Assembly: GCF_025612915.1 (NCBI RefSeq)
Contig: NC_069115.1
Location: forward strand, 8,359,492-8,423,491
Direction: 5' to 3'
Source: Crassostrea angulata
Lineage: Eukaryota
Length of the DNA: 64,000 nucleotides
The notes under the pieces are model-generated. The model was given only the letters and a program-made list of their open reading frames with translations, was not told the DNA's origin and did not search any database. Position 1 is the first letter of the stretch. Each line of letters begins with the position of its first letter. Below are positions 1 to 14,300 of the stretch, piece by piece. The position numbers and the translations under genes are program-made.

Positions 1-844
1 ACGCACGGATTGGATGTGAGAACAGTACCAATCAGACCCAACCTAACAGAAAGTACACCCAAACTAAACCCTGTGTTTACTTTTGGGATTTACTGTGGGT
101 TTACAAGAGTAGACCAAGAGTAAATCAAAGATATTTTTTAATTAGTCATGTGTATTTGATACTTAATTTTTAGTACATATTAGTACATATTCAAATACCG
201 GTATTTTGTCTGCATGAAGTACCTATACAAGACCGATACATTCATATAAACTATATTGCTAACAAAGTAACTCTTACGGTGCGCAAAACAGCCAATTAAA
301 TAACCTAATTCGTCTTGATTAATAGAGAAAACAATAAGTGGAAATTATGAGCTGCTAGTTGAATAGAAATAAAGTTCATGTTATCGTGAATGCTTGTTGC
401 TAGGTGAATAATTTCTGAGGTTAAGAAATGATGGTTTTTTTTTTATCTCAACGCCAATCAGAGGTTATCTTACAGAATGCACAAAAACTTGTACTTTATT
501 CCTTAAGAAACTGAAACTAAAAGTGTTTATGATTATTTAAGCCAGAAATGTACCAATATATCTTTAAACTATTGCACTCTGATGAGAGCTGTTCTTACTC
601 CTACTTTTGTTTCTGTTTTACTTGGAATTTTCTAATTTCTATAGCCGGAAAGGAAAGGAAAGGATCCGACCGCAAATTCAAACAATTATATTGACCATGC
701 AGTGAATTCTTTGTTCTGTAATCATTTACAGGGAGTGGAGTATGACACAAGACGAGTTGTCTTGTAAAAAACTCTTGTTGCACATTAATGTGATCAAGAT
801 TTCAACCAAACTTGGCACAAAGCATCACTAGGTGAAGGGGATTC

Positions 845-1700
845 AACTTTGTTCAAATGAAGGGCCACACCCTCTTTCAAGGGGAGATAATTAAGATATA
901 TTGAAAATTTGTTGGTATTTTTCAAAATTTTCTCAAAAACTATAAGGATAGAAAAGTTGTAACTTGTATTGAAGCATCCTCAGGAAGTGTAGATTCAAGT
1001 TATATCAAATTATGGTCCCCGGGGGTAGGGTGGGACCACAATTGGGGGATGGATTTTTACATAAGAATGTATAGAGAAATTAAATCTTTAAAAATCTTCT
1101 CAAAAGTATAATTTGGACAGAAAAGCTTAAACTTGTGTGGAGGCATCCTCAGGTAGTGTAGATTCAAGTTTGTTCAAATTATGGTCCCCAGGGGTTGGGT
1201 GGGGCCACAATGGGGGGGTCAAATTTTTACATAGTAATATATAGAGAAAATCTTTAAAAAATCTTCTTCTCAAAAAACTATTTGCCCCAAAAAGCTCAAA
1301 TTGGAGTTGAAGCATCTTCAGATAGTTTATATTCAATTTGTTTAAATCATGGTCCCCAGGAGTAGGGTGGGGCCACAATGGGAGGATGGATTTTTACATA
1401 GGAATATATAGAGAAAATCTTTAAAAATCTTCTTCTTAAAAACCAATAGGCCAGAAAAGCTCAATTTGGAGTTGAAGCATCCTCAGATAGTGTAGATTAA
1501 AGTTTGTTCAAATTATGGTCCCAGGGGATAGGGTGGGGCCACATTGGGGGTGTGTGTGAATTTTTATATTGGAATATTTTGAGAAAATCTTTAAAAATCT
1601 TCTTCTCAAAAACTATTTGGCCAGAAAAGCTCAAACTGGAGTTGAAGCATTCTCAGATATTGTAGATTAAAGTTTGTTCAAATCATGGCCAGCTCTGGAT
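845..1700 (+). repeat. Satellite, ~170-bp unit x ~5 (motif atggtccccaggggtagggtggggccacaatggggg ... gagaaaatctttaaaaatcttcttctc)
   Basis: Direct tandem copies starting near 845, 1011, 1181, 1351, 1521; the same family occurs inverted at 45385-46440. Confidence 0.8.
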
Positions 1701-2072
1701 CCGCTTTAGCAGACCCAAAACAGACTCTGAGCAGACACAGAAAGCAGGTCCAGGTTTGGTTGGAGTCTGCCTTCTGTAAGGTTGGGTTTAAGTCAATGAT
1801 GTACTAGCCGCACAAACACTTTCAACATCTTCAAGAGTAACTTATTAGCTTAGCAAGTTTTACTAATGACTACTCGTGTATTCCATATTTTACACTCCAC
1901 TGAAAGAAGCCATGTATATACACCAGTCATGAACAGTATGTTAATTTCGGAGGCAATTAATATATGAAGGCAGATATATTTGTGGTCAGATTTCTTTCAA
2001 ATTTTTCATATTTACAGGTTTTATTTAAAAGAATGAAATGTTAAATTTTCAGGAAGAAAAAAAATTCCGCCG

Positions 2073-2103
<31 letters not shown>

Positions 2104-2104
2104 A
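2073..2104. repeat. Homopolymer C(21) followed by A(11)
   Basis: Read directly; similar CnAn junctions recur at 3191-3215 and 43376-43412. Confidence 0.9.
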
Positions 2105-2350
2105 CAACTTCGCTTACATACAACCCCACGAGTACATTCAATACTTTGATTTATTTTGCTTTCATTTTCTAAATTATACGAGGAGTTCCGATATTTCACT
2201 GAACTATGTCTTTTCTGTCATTCTGCACTTAAATATATGTATTGAAAGTGTATATTTGGTGTGATTTATTAATATATTAATTATATCATCTGTGAATATT
2301 GTTCTCCAAGCATCTTTAAAAAATCTGAATGAATTCTTGAAAATATAGCA

Positions 2351-2453
2351 ATGACGACGCCACAAAGTTCCGAACGGACTACTCCAACTATGAGGAAATC
2401 GCTGAAAATAAACAAATCCGAAATCGTCAAGTGCCATGAACATTTTCTGCAGG
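2351..2453 (+). CDS. Possible upstream coding or 5'UTR exon of the PARP4-like gene (MTTPQSSERTTPTMRKSLKINKSEIVKCHEHFLQ)
   Basis: ATG-initiated ORF ending at a perfect GTAAGT donor (2454). It would splice in frame (phase 1) to AG acceptor 5220-5221 just 5 nt upstream of ATG 5227, giving ...[15 protein letters not shown]. In-frame fit has a 1/3 chance by luck; there is no homology support. Confidence 0.2.
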
Positions 2454-2869
2454 GTAAGTTTGGGTGGTTCTTAAAGAGTTGTATTGCATTGGTCTCTCTT
2501 TACGTGTCTAACAACAACACTCTCTGCGATGTGTGTCATGACCTTTATTGTTTGTAAACAAGATGTTTACAGAGCCATTTTATAATATTTACATTCCACA
2601 TATATTTTGCATGTAAAGCTACTGCAGATATAGCACCATAACACAGACAGGGTACTAAAAGGTTAAATCACGAGTTTTAATTGTGACGTCACAAACGTTG
2701 AACGCTGATAAATACAACGTCACAAGCGAAAATCAAATATCACGCTTGTGGCTGTTACTGTGGCTCTTCCATTAATTTGAACTTACCCATAGGATAATAC
2801 AGTAACTTGAGGTATAATTCGCATTTGCGTCCAAGGCAAGAAGGTAAAAAAATGTAAATATAAGCATTA

Positions 2870-2942
2870 AATCCTTATTTTTTGAAAGATATAGTCTCAT
2901 AACTGCAACGGTGTGTGCAAACAAATTTTCATAACGCGCTAA

Positions 2943-2974
<32 letters not shown>

Positions 2975-3011
2975 TGCAGTTATGAGACTATATCTTTCAA
3001 AAAATAAGGAT
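2870..3011. repeat. Near-perfect ~140-bp palindrome (foldback/hairpin, MITE-like)
   Basis: Left arm ttaaatccttattttttgaaagatatagtctcataactgcaacggtgtgtgca is the reverse complement of the right arm tgcacacaccgttgcagttatgagactatatctttcaaaaaataaggatt; centre cgcgctaacgcgcg is itself palindromic. Confidence 0.85.
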
Positions 3012-5226
3012 TCAATACTTAAATGGCCAACATGCTCGTGTACGACTTGAACAGTTTAGATGTGACTTTTACATCTCTGATATTCCTTAAAAAAACAGAA
3101 AAAGAATACTCTTGCCACTTTCTCTGTCAATTAATACACTTTTTAAATGGCATTTAGTTTACAAAAGAAACCAAAGAAGAATAAATAATACCCCCCCCCC
3201 CCCTCCCTAAAAAAAAATTAGGAGGAGACATGTTTCTGTATTCCTCGGGTATGTTCAGGACTATGGGCTGCTTACTTTATATGTACATTAATTTATATAG
3301 TCATTCAGTGGTGATCAACTCGATGAGAGTCTTCATTTATCATTTGAATAGTATACTCATGCAAGAACTTACAATTATATTGACGTGTCATGCAGCCTCA
3401 CAACAATTTTATCTACATATTCATGATATTGTAGCTGTGTTACAAACTTTGTTCTCAAAGACTAAAACTCTTTTGGATACACTCTTTCTTCCTGGTGAAA
3501 CATCTGGTAATGTACTTGATACATGCATACATTTTATTATTCTTACCTTTAAAGGATAATTTGCAAGATGATCGAGTTTTTGCGATCTTGTTATTTAGGA
3601 AATGAATTTGCCAGTGGTTGCTGGTTCAAGTCCTATCGAGGACACTTGATATCGTGTTATCTAAAGTCTGTCCCAAGATTTTTTTGTCGCATTTATTTCC
3701 TTAAATTATTTGATAAATTATTTATAAATACTTCTTGGTTCAGGCAATGTTCATTCAATAGTATAAAAAAAATCCTAAGATTTCCCCTTTGAAACGCCCC
3801 CTCTAGCTTGTCGGGTATCTATACAAGGTAAAAATAAAAAGTCTACGAGGTTTCTCCATTGCCAAGGAGATGATGACGCCCAGATGATATCGTTGAAAAA
3901 TTGCGCGAGGTGTCCCGAGTACTTCCGAATGGAGAAAAGATTTCAACACTCCCCATAATAAATCTCCGTAGGAAATCTGTTTTCGTTCCTGTGAATTTTT
4001 ACGAGGGAAAAATGATAATGTGTGAATGAAGTTATCTTGGGAATTTTCCCTTTCATTAATTTAAATTGCACTTCTGTCACAGGTATGACACTCATGCCCT
4101 CAGCACCACAGAGACTGTTATGAACATTGTCAAGCTATACATTATCTATGATTATGCCTCATGACTTGAATATCAACAGTTTTATTTATTTATAATTTAT
4201 TTTTTTTATTTGAACATATTTTATTGTATACAATCATATATATGTATAAGACACATTAAAATATGTTCAAATTAAAAAAAAGGTTTTTCTGATAGATATT
4301 TATTAGACTTGCAGTGCACACATTTAGTAAATTACATGTACATTAAAAATTTTACATTTTCAAAATCACCTAATTATTATATGTTTCATCATACCAGTAC
4401 ATGCTATGTTATTTTATTTTGAGCTTAATTATCTTAATTTGATTTTCAGTCATGGCATTCACCAATATAAAGCTTAATTTTGTGAGACTAACCAGGGCAG
4501 ACTTCCTTCCCCAAAGTTATTAATATATGATTCTGAATCAGACAGTTTCAACAAAGTTCGGGCAACATGACAGGGACATACATATTGCATATTTATATAG
4601 CAGCAAAGTTTTACTTTAATGCGACTGGTAGTTAGTGTATAATAAAGGTGAATTAAGTCTTGAATTCATTAGTTTATTAACCTCAATTCAATTGTCAAAC
4701 TATAATGAATCAATATCATTTGAGATGCGCTTGCAGTATTGCTATAACATTAATTTAAATTGTTGACAACTATATGAAAATATAATATATATTAATTTAT
4801 ATTATATCATGTATATTATGATTATATACAATACTATATTACATACATACATACAAATATATAACATAAAGATACCGTAGTTTCATCAATATTCGTTGAA
4901 TACCAATTTTCGTGGATTTCATTGTTTAGTTGATCCACGAAATTAAATGTTCATCGAAGTGCAATTTCTATTAACATTTTGTATTGATAGGGCCATTGGC
5001 CACAAATTTACCTATCCTTGAAACTGTGATTTTCATTTTATCCACGAAAATTGATACCCTTGAATATTAATGAAACCACAGTATTATATCTGCATTCATA
5101 AGAAATGTAGTACTACATTTAGCAGGTTGATTAAAATATAGTATGGTTTATATTTTGAAATTATTTATGCTGCAGATTTAAACCTGTTCTGTGATTTGTT
5201 GAGCTGTGTATAACTGTGTAGACAAT

Positions 5227-5358
5227 ATGGAGGGCGTGTTGGCAGGGTGCCAGATCGTCCTGGACCTCAGCACCAGTGTCGGCTTCAAGAAGAAACAGGA
5301 AGTCAGGAGTACCATCACACAAAATGGAGGAGTCATCTCCTACATAGTAACCAAGAAG
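5227..5358 (+). CDS. PARP4: PARP4-like exon 1 (BRCT N-terminus)
   Basis: [44 protein letters not shown] resembles human PARP4 N-terminus MVMGIFANCIFCLKVKYLPQQQKKKLQTDIKENGGKFSFSLNPQ; donor GTAACA at 5359. Confidence 0.7.
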
Positions 5359-8300
5359 GTAACAGTCATGTACAGTGTTGTTTAAAGTTTGAAAGTCGCA
5401 AGTAATAAAATGGCAGCAGATCATTTCAGTGGATGAAAAATGCAGTACATGTTAAATGAACGCGGCTATTTTAAGGCTGTCCAAAGCTAAATATATATCG
5501 AAAAATGATACTATTTTAATTATCGAAAAATACCTTAACCGAGCGAGTTTCTTTAAACTTTTATTACCGATACATAAATTAACAGTGACATCCAACACTA
5601 TTTTGATGTATTTATGTGACGTCATATATTTTTCTTAAGCACGTGACGGGTGTATTCTAACACGGTAAATAATCTATAAAAATTGCATCGGTGCAAGTGA
5701 ATAATGACATTAAATCAAAAATATTTTTATGAAAAATCCTTCGATAAGTAATGTATTTTGCAGTTCTTTCTGGGGGTTCATATAAATATTTTGTTTATTT
5801 GAAATATTGTCAAAACATTTCACACCGCCATTGAAATAACTAAGGCACATTTTTGCCCTTTAGGCCTGTTTTACACAAAATCTGGTCAATCGGTAGATTT
5901 TCCCCAGCAAGATTCACATTGGTACTTATTTTCTCTCCCGATTTCACGTAAAATATACTAATATTGTTTATATCTTTCACTTGCGCCAAGCCGTTTTTTT
6001 ATATGCACATACATATCACCATTCATTAGATTACACATAGCAGGAGGAGTCTCAAAACCATTAGTTTATGAATAGTTATTTACCTATTACGAAGCTTTAA
6101 AACTGTTGATTTTTTTATACTCCATATCAGTGATATTGAATTTAGTATCACTAGTATTTAAACATATCTTATGAAGTACAGACAAGTGACTTTCTACATA
6201 TCGCTGTGAAATTAATCGGGCAGCCTTAACATAGTCGCGAACAGTGTATTGTACATATGAGAGAGAGAGAGAGAGAATTCACAGGATTTTAACTTTTTTA
6301 TTGCAAGTGGTAAATAAAAACTGTAATGTTTTTGCATAAATATATTAATTATAAATGAACTTAAGGATTTTTAAGTTTATGTAACTCTCTTATCATAATT
6401 TACTAAACATATATTAAGTTAAGTTACTCTTGACATCTTAATATGATACAATACATGTACCTCTAGAGTACCCATGTTGTGCTGAATGATGCAGAGAAAG
6501 CAGACGTCAGCTATAAATGTAAAATTGCCGCAAAGTTCCGCATCCCTGTGGTTTCGCTGGATTTTATTTTTGACTGTATCAGTCAAGGGAAGCTACTGGA
6601 CACAGACAATTACCTTCTGGTCGGGAAAACAAAAGCACAGGAATTCAGCTCAGGCAAAATATCAGGTAGGTGAAAAAAAACCATGGATATTTAAATGAGG
6701 GGGAGAGGCTGCAGTAGGAGTGGAATATTAAGTGAACAATTAAATATTTTTTCAATATATAACATATCGTAATCTTTAATTTTATTATTACCATATTTTG
6801 GGGTGTTTATAAGGAAATCGTTTGGAATAAAGTCTATAAATCTATACTATAAATCTATAATGATTGTATCGTCCTCTATCTGCTCCTAAGAGAGGGCGTT
6901 ATACTGTTTTACCCTTGTGTGTCTGTCTGTCTGTCCTTAACAAAAAATCTTTGTCACATTTTTCTCAGCAACTATTCATTGAATGTGCTTGAAATTTTAA
7001 CACACTCTTTGTTTAATGATGCCAAATGGTGGGATTTATTTTTGTACCAATCAGACATTAAGTTCCTGTTAAATGATGACTCTATTTATTTTTATCCTAA
7101 ATTTCAAACAAATTTTCGTCCAAGATTTCTTGGCAACTACTCTTTTCACCCTTTTACACTTGTAAACGGCTTCGCCCACTCTTGATTTCACCCAGATACA
7201 GTTGTGTCAAAAGAGCTATAAATTGAGACATTGGAATTCGCCCAGTCTTCAATTTGCCCACTGACAACAAGGGCGAAAGGGGTGGAAAAAAAACGATGGC
7301 GAATATTTTCCCTGCGTACAGTATTGTTTGCAGATGGTTGAAATTTAACAAACTCTTTGTTAAGGAATGTGATATATCAAGATATATTTTTATACCGATC
7401 AATTAAATGTTAAGTGACAACTTTGTTTATTTTAGTCTAAATTTTTAAACAATTTCTGTCAAAGATTTCTGAGCATTTATTCATTGCAGCTGCTTGAAAC
7501 TTTATCACACTCTTTGTATAGGCATGCCATATGTGAAATTTATTTTTGTAACAATTGGATGTCAACTTACTGTTGTCCTTGATGTCGACTTTGCTTGTGT
7601 TGTATTTTCACATCGGAGCGGGGGTATTACTGGTGAGCATTGGCTCACAGATATCTTGTTTTATGGCTGCATTATATGTCTTTTGACTTTTTTCATGCAA
7701 AGCTGGGAAATCTGAGTTGAGGTCAGATGGAAAGAAAAAGAAAACTATTTCTACTTTTAACCCAAAGTCTGTGAAAGCATGGAAGGAGAAAGACAAAAAC
7801 ATGCCAGCATTTGACGAAGAAAGCGAGGTTGCGAAGTTTGCCATGTTTCAGGTATATACAATATGACTAGTGTACAGCCGTTCTGTGAATGTAAAGGGAC
7901 AAGGAGTAATAAAAAAATAGTGTAGGTATGGTTCAGGTATCATGTAAATCTGCAGTGTTCAAGGTACCTCACTACACACCTAGATTCATACTTTAAGACA
8001 CTATGTCACAAGGTGGCAAGTTAAATGTTTTGTTTAACTGTTTGTTTCATTTGATTTGGTTGTATATCATCATAACTCAGTGGTTAAAGTATTGGGCTTG
8101 TGAACCCCAGATCAAGAGTTCGAATCTGCTTGGGGCTTTCTTCATGTTCACTGAACCAAATTTTATGTTAAATCAAATTGCACATTATTTGCCTGTTTGA
8201 CTTAAATATTTCTTAAGTACTTTTACACTCTCAGGCTGCAAAAAAAGATCCTGGAGTTCTGATGTTTAGATAAAATTAGTGAATGATCGAAACTAATGTA

Positions 8301-11300
8301 AAGGGTTTGATTTTATTATACATATATTGCATAGCTATGTTTTACATAAAATTTTACATTAATTTTTCCTTTGATCACAGAAATATGACAAGAAATCAAA
8401 CAGCACACAGTTTGGTGTTTTAGAGATTCACGCTCTCACCAGAGTTACTGCCTTTGACAACAAGGACCCCCCACCGAGATTCTGCGTTTGTTCTCACTCC
8501 GGAAGTGTAGAGGATTTACAGGTGAGAATTACTGTGGAATCATTTTAAATTCGTAGGGTCCAATTTTCGAGAATAGTTGGTTTTGTGCTAATTCATGGAG
8601 ATGAAATTTCATGGATGCGCCGGTTTTCATTTTCAGTATTAAGAAAGATAACTCTTTCTAAATTTGTTTTCTTCAAGGAAAATGTAATCACAACAATAGC
8701 TACTGTGAATATACTGATGCTTATACACAAACAAGTTCTTATTAATAACAAAGATGTATAATTTATTTTTTTTATTCAATATTTGTGAATTATTGAAGAT
8801 TAAAATAAAAGTGATTGAAAAGGTGATTGAAAAACTGCAGACCTTAATTTTCCATTAAATTTTTAATTATTCAATAGAATTTGATGTAATGAGACTTTTA
8901 CCGTAATCAAACTTACATTTATTTTTAAAATTTAAATTTGAATTATTTGTTCTCTTATACATTTACCTCTGGTTAAATAAAGTACATGTATTACAAATTC
9001 CCAGGATAAAGGAGACGGTGGAAGCAAGGAGTACCGCTTCGTGCAGACGTCAGAGGAGGCCCTGAGTGTGTACAGCGCCCTCTATAAACAGATGAAGGAT
9101 CCCCCGAGTAGCATGAATGTCTGTCACAAACCTCCCTGTCAGAATATTGGAACCAAACAGTTCCAGAAGGTACGAGGTTTGATTCAGCCTATTAGAAATA
9201 ATTCACCATTCATTCGTGGTTAACATTGTGGGCTAAACTATAATTAGTTGTTGAATGTTTTCTTGTTTTTTCCAAAGTACTATAATATATTGTTTTTAAT
9301 CACAAATAAAACAGCTGATACTGGAGTATGGGATGGAAGAGACAGAGTTGTCTGCCCCTGTGGCAGAGTTGATGCAGCACATTTGGCGGGAGGCAGGGGG
9401 AGAGATCGAGCAAGTCCTGAGTAGTCCACTGCAGTCCATCAAACTGGACCAGGTGAGCTTCAGGCACCCCATAGTGATCAGTTTGTCTGTTTCTATGTTT
9501 CTTCCATTTTTCTTTTATGTTTTATGTTCAAAGTACATTGATTTATAGTCTAGTTCTTGAAAATGAAATTCTGACCAGATTACTTTTGGCACATTCAGGT
9601 TGAGAAGGCTACAGCCATTTTGACCCACATGAAGGAGAGCCAATCAGACAACAGCAAACTCCAGGCTCTGTTTGATGAGTTCTACACGGCCCTCCCTCAC
9701 CGACCTCAATACAGGACAACCAGCTTCTCCATGTCATGGCTGGCCAGGAAACTTGACCTATGTCAGGTATGAGTCTATGTCACTCAGGTATGCCACTATG
9801 TCAAGCATTACACTATGTCACTTTGTCAGGCATATTGCTATCTTAGTTATGCTAGTAATGATACTATGTCAGTTATAACACTATGACAGTTATACCACAT
9901 TATGTCAGGTTTACCATTAACTCCGATATTCCACTATGATGAACATTTTATATTGTTTCCTTTCAGCTAATCAAGGACGTAGTGTCAGTAAGTGAGGCCA
10001 CGAATTGGTCGACGCGAGGCAATGCCGAGGCTCAGTACAAGGCCCTCAGATGTCAGATATCCCACGTATCAGGAGGCCTACCCAGACAGGTCCTAGATAT
10101 CCTCAACCTGAAACAGTGAGTTTAGTACAATATTGTTCAAGATATCATTAATATTAATATCAGACCTAGAAGTAGATGTCTTCGATCTTGCATGTACATG
10201 TACTTCAATCAATCAGTGATATTCTCAATCTGAAATGGTCTGATGTATGTTTGCTTCATATAACAGAGGGGAAGAAATGAGAATTCAGAATGTATATGCC
10301 ATACATCGGCCCTCAGAGAGTGAGAAATTCCGCTCAGACCTGAGTTCCAGGCCGCTGTTTCATGCCTCCAATGCAGAAAACTTTGTTGGAATTCTTTCCA
10401 GGTAATAGCTTGTTAAATGTTTTATCTTTCCTTTTAAGTAGACACTTGGTGCATATTAAAGAAAACAAAGATTAGTGTATTCTCTAGTGTTGTTATGGGA
10501 AATGTTATATTACAGAGGTCTCCTAATGCCAAAGGTCGTCGTTGATGACTACGGAGGAAAGAGAACTGATCCAGGAATGCTGGGACATGGGATCTATTTT
10601 GCAAGCTCTGCAAGGTGTGTGTTTCAGCAGTTGTCTGAACGAAAATATCATAGGGAAGATTTGAAAATTTTATTGAGTTCATGGCAATATTTTTGTGTTG
10701 AAGTATATTATCATGTTTGTTGTGAAATTCAAATCAAAAAGGGTTAAAAAGTCATGGAAATTTGGCTTTTCAACCATTCCAGAAAAAAGTGCTTGTTTTA
10801 AATTATTGTTTTTCTATGGCCTGCAATTAAATTATAGTTATAAATAATTTTTAAAAATCATATTCAAAATTTTTAGTTTTATCTTAGTGGTAATTTGTCA
10901 ACAACCCAGCGACTTTTAATCAGACAATGACAGCTATTTTAATTAGTATTAAACTTTATGTTTGTTCTTTTAAACTCTTGATCTCTAATGATTCATCAAG
11001 ATTGCCTGAAGTTTGAATTATCAAAATTCACCTGTATTTATGATCATTGCATTTTTAAAGCCTATTCCCTGACCCTTGTGTTCTCTTTCATAACTTTATA
11101 GTACGAGCATAAAATACTCGAAACCAAGTAAAACCAGAAACACACGGATGATGCTTGTCAGCCAGGTGGCACTAGGAACCACACTGGACGTGTACAAACA
11201 TCAGCGGGACCTAACAGAACCACCCAGTGGCTACCATAGTGTCCATGGGGTGGCTGCCACAGAGGGGGTGGAGTCTGAGTTCCAGGTCAGTAGGTTGTAC

Positions 11301-14300
11301 TGATGGTCAGGGCAATGTCATTAAGTTTACGACAGTCAGAAAGTTAAGTTAGTCGTGTAGCGTATTAGTGGTCCATCTGTCTTCTTGTCTGTCCTCAGTG
11401 ATCCCTTTCAGTTTCAGTGTTATATGTTTCCCTTCTGCGTAACGCAGTTTTGCACCAAATTTTCATAATTTTCTGTGTTTATTTCTGTTCATTTGTTTAT
11501 TTTCTACTGGAAATGATAAAATAACTTATGTACATGAGACAAACTGTGTCACTAATTACAGTAAAACTCGGTAATAGCGAAGTCCTAGGAACCAATGGAT
11601 TAACTTCGTTATATCAATGATTTGTAATATCCATATAATTAACAAATTCGTACTTAAGTCTAATAACTATTATAATACTAGTAGTGAATTCACTATGTAC
11701 ATTATTTTTTTATCAGACTACAATTTTTGCTAATTTAGGGAAATACATTTTTTTTATACCGTTAAAGATCAGACTGTGAATTGAAGAATTTATATGAAAA
11801 TATTTACATCTACAAAGTATTATTCCCTCTATTTCTTATGGAAACCTATAGTTAAATCATAGCTCTATAGAAACAGCCAGACTGAAATCTACACGCCCCG
11901 TTTATCGATTGGTTGAAATCTACAGCTGCTGAAACTGATAAGAAACTGACAGGACAGATATTGACACGCCCTGTTTATCGATTGGTCCAAATCTATAGCG
12001 ACCTAGAAAAAATCATGGACTGCACGAAATAATCATAACGATGTCAGACTCAAAGTCTCACAGGAGACGATTTGGCTGTTTCTTTTAGCTAACATACTTA
12101 GTACGTACATTGACAGTAATTTAGTGAATTTTACTAACTTTTCATAATCAATTTATCAATTAGCTAAAAGAAAGATGTTAATATAAACAATAAAATGCTT
12201 TCTTTGTTGATTCATTCGGGTTATGAAGGTAGCAATCAATGCAGAAAAAATTTACATAACCCGCTAATTTAAACGCAGGTTATGTATTTTTTCTGCAATG
12301 TCGCTACCTTCATATCCCGAATGAATCAACAAAGAAAGCATTTTATTGTTTAGATAAATTCATTCAAACTTTTATGATAAATGGTAGTGCAGACTTTTTA
12401 AACTGAGTGTGAAGAAATAAGTTATAAAAGTGTCAAACTTTGTTATTATTCAGCTTTTACTGGACTCAAAATCAGTTCGCTCTGTCCGTAAATTTCTTAT
12501 GCCCAAATTTATTAAAACCGTCAAATTTCGCAAAGATTTGTAAAGAATTTTATCGGGTACTTAATCTGTATTTGTACTTAAGGAGTTTACTGTACTTAAA
12601 TTGTCCAAAGATTAAGGTCACTGACAGGTACATTTAGTGGTTTAATTATACTTGAGCAGTACTGCTTTATGAGATACCCTTTCTTAAAAAAATTATTGCG
12701 TTAACTTTAATATATAGAATGTTAGAATTTTTATTTTTATAAACATATTAATCAAACTTAAGGTTTAAATTGCTGAGTGTGTTTTGTTTATGCTTGTAAT
12801 AGGATGATGAGTTTGTTGTGTACAACACAGACCAACAAATGCTGAGTTATCTCGTTGAGTTCACCATTGGCAGTGAGATTCCTGTGGAGATATCTGTTGA
12901 AAAAGAGGCTTTAGAAAGGGAGGAAACTTTGTCAGAGAGCAGTATTGGTGAATGAATATTTTAGTAACTTATTTAGAATGAAATATTAAACATTACAATT
13001 TTCAATCTCCATATAAGAATAAAAATTCTTACGGGTAACTTATTTGTAAGTATATTATTTGAAAAAAGACTTTAAGATATTTCTTTGCATTGGTATTTCT
13101 GATATATAAAACAAATAAACAGTCAGTAAATAAACTGAAAATGTATTTCTTTGTATTTAATTAATTCTGATGCGTGATTTGTTAAGAACAGTTACAATTA
13201 AAATTGAATTCCAAGATATTTTGCTGGTTGATTTTGCAGACATCAGCGACGTACATGATGTCACAGACCCATTGACAAAGGTCAAGGCCGGCTTGGTTTC
13301 CAATGACGACACCCCAGTTACTCTACTTGAAGCCCATATACGAGCTAAATTGATTGATCTGGCCGGGGAGGTAAACAATGAAATACATACACTTTACGCA
13401 GTACTTACAAAATAAAGCCATTTCAACAAGAGCTTGGACTTCGGCAGTATCTGTCAAACTTGGATTTGATGAAGGCAGAGTCTACTCAAGGTCAACTGTT
13501 CAGTCATTGGCTTAATGATATGAAAACATTGAAAGGAATAACCTTTGTCCAACTTAATCCAGGGATGAATATTTTAGTTAAAACAGCATCAATGTCACAC
13601 AATCTAGCAGACCTTATTTTAAAAAAATCCAATTTTGACAGTCTATTAAATATATATATATATATATATATTTATAAGCTGCCTAAGGTAATCCAAAGAA
13701 GGAATTCAACATTTGACAGCTTGTTATGATGATTAAATTATATAATTACATCCCACCAAAAGCCAAAGAAGCCACATTTTTAAGGAGGTTTAGTGATAAA
13801 CAGTTGACCAGTGTGGTCATCTTCATACAAATTGAATGAACTTGTCACCACTGATAATTGGCTCAGTAAATTTCTATATCATTTATAGACAAAAACTATC
13901 ATGTGAAATCTTTATTTAAAGGTAAGAAAATTCTAAAAATAGCCATAACCAACAATCCTCATTTAAGTGAAAACTCAGAAGATTTTATGTTGCAATACTA
14001 AAACTGTATGTAAAAAAAATGAACAGAATACCTTTACAATGTTTGATTGTAATAGTACATCAGTATTTTGTTCGGTTGTCAGGTGGTGGTGTTACAAGAG
14101 TACCACAACAATGATTGATTGTAATAGTGCATCAGTATTTGGTTTGGTTGTCAGGTGGTGGTGTTACAAGAGTACCACAACAACTATTGATTGTAATAGT
14201 ACATCAGTATTTGGTTCGGTTGTCAGGTGGTGGTGTTACAAGAGTACCACAACAATGATTGATTGTAATAGTACATCAGTATTTGGTTCGGTTGTCAGGT

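Noticed and set aside
1127-1378. 83-aa minus-strand ORF (MWPHPTPGDHDLNKL...)
   Set aside because: Lies entirely inside the 170-bp satellite array; repeated peptide is an artefact.
3230-3792. 109-aa and 74-aa plus-strand ORFs upstream of the PARP4-like gene
   Set aside because: AT-rich, low-complexity, no splice-site or homology support; most likely random ORFs in intergenic or intronic DNA.
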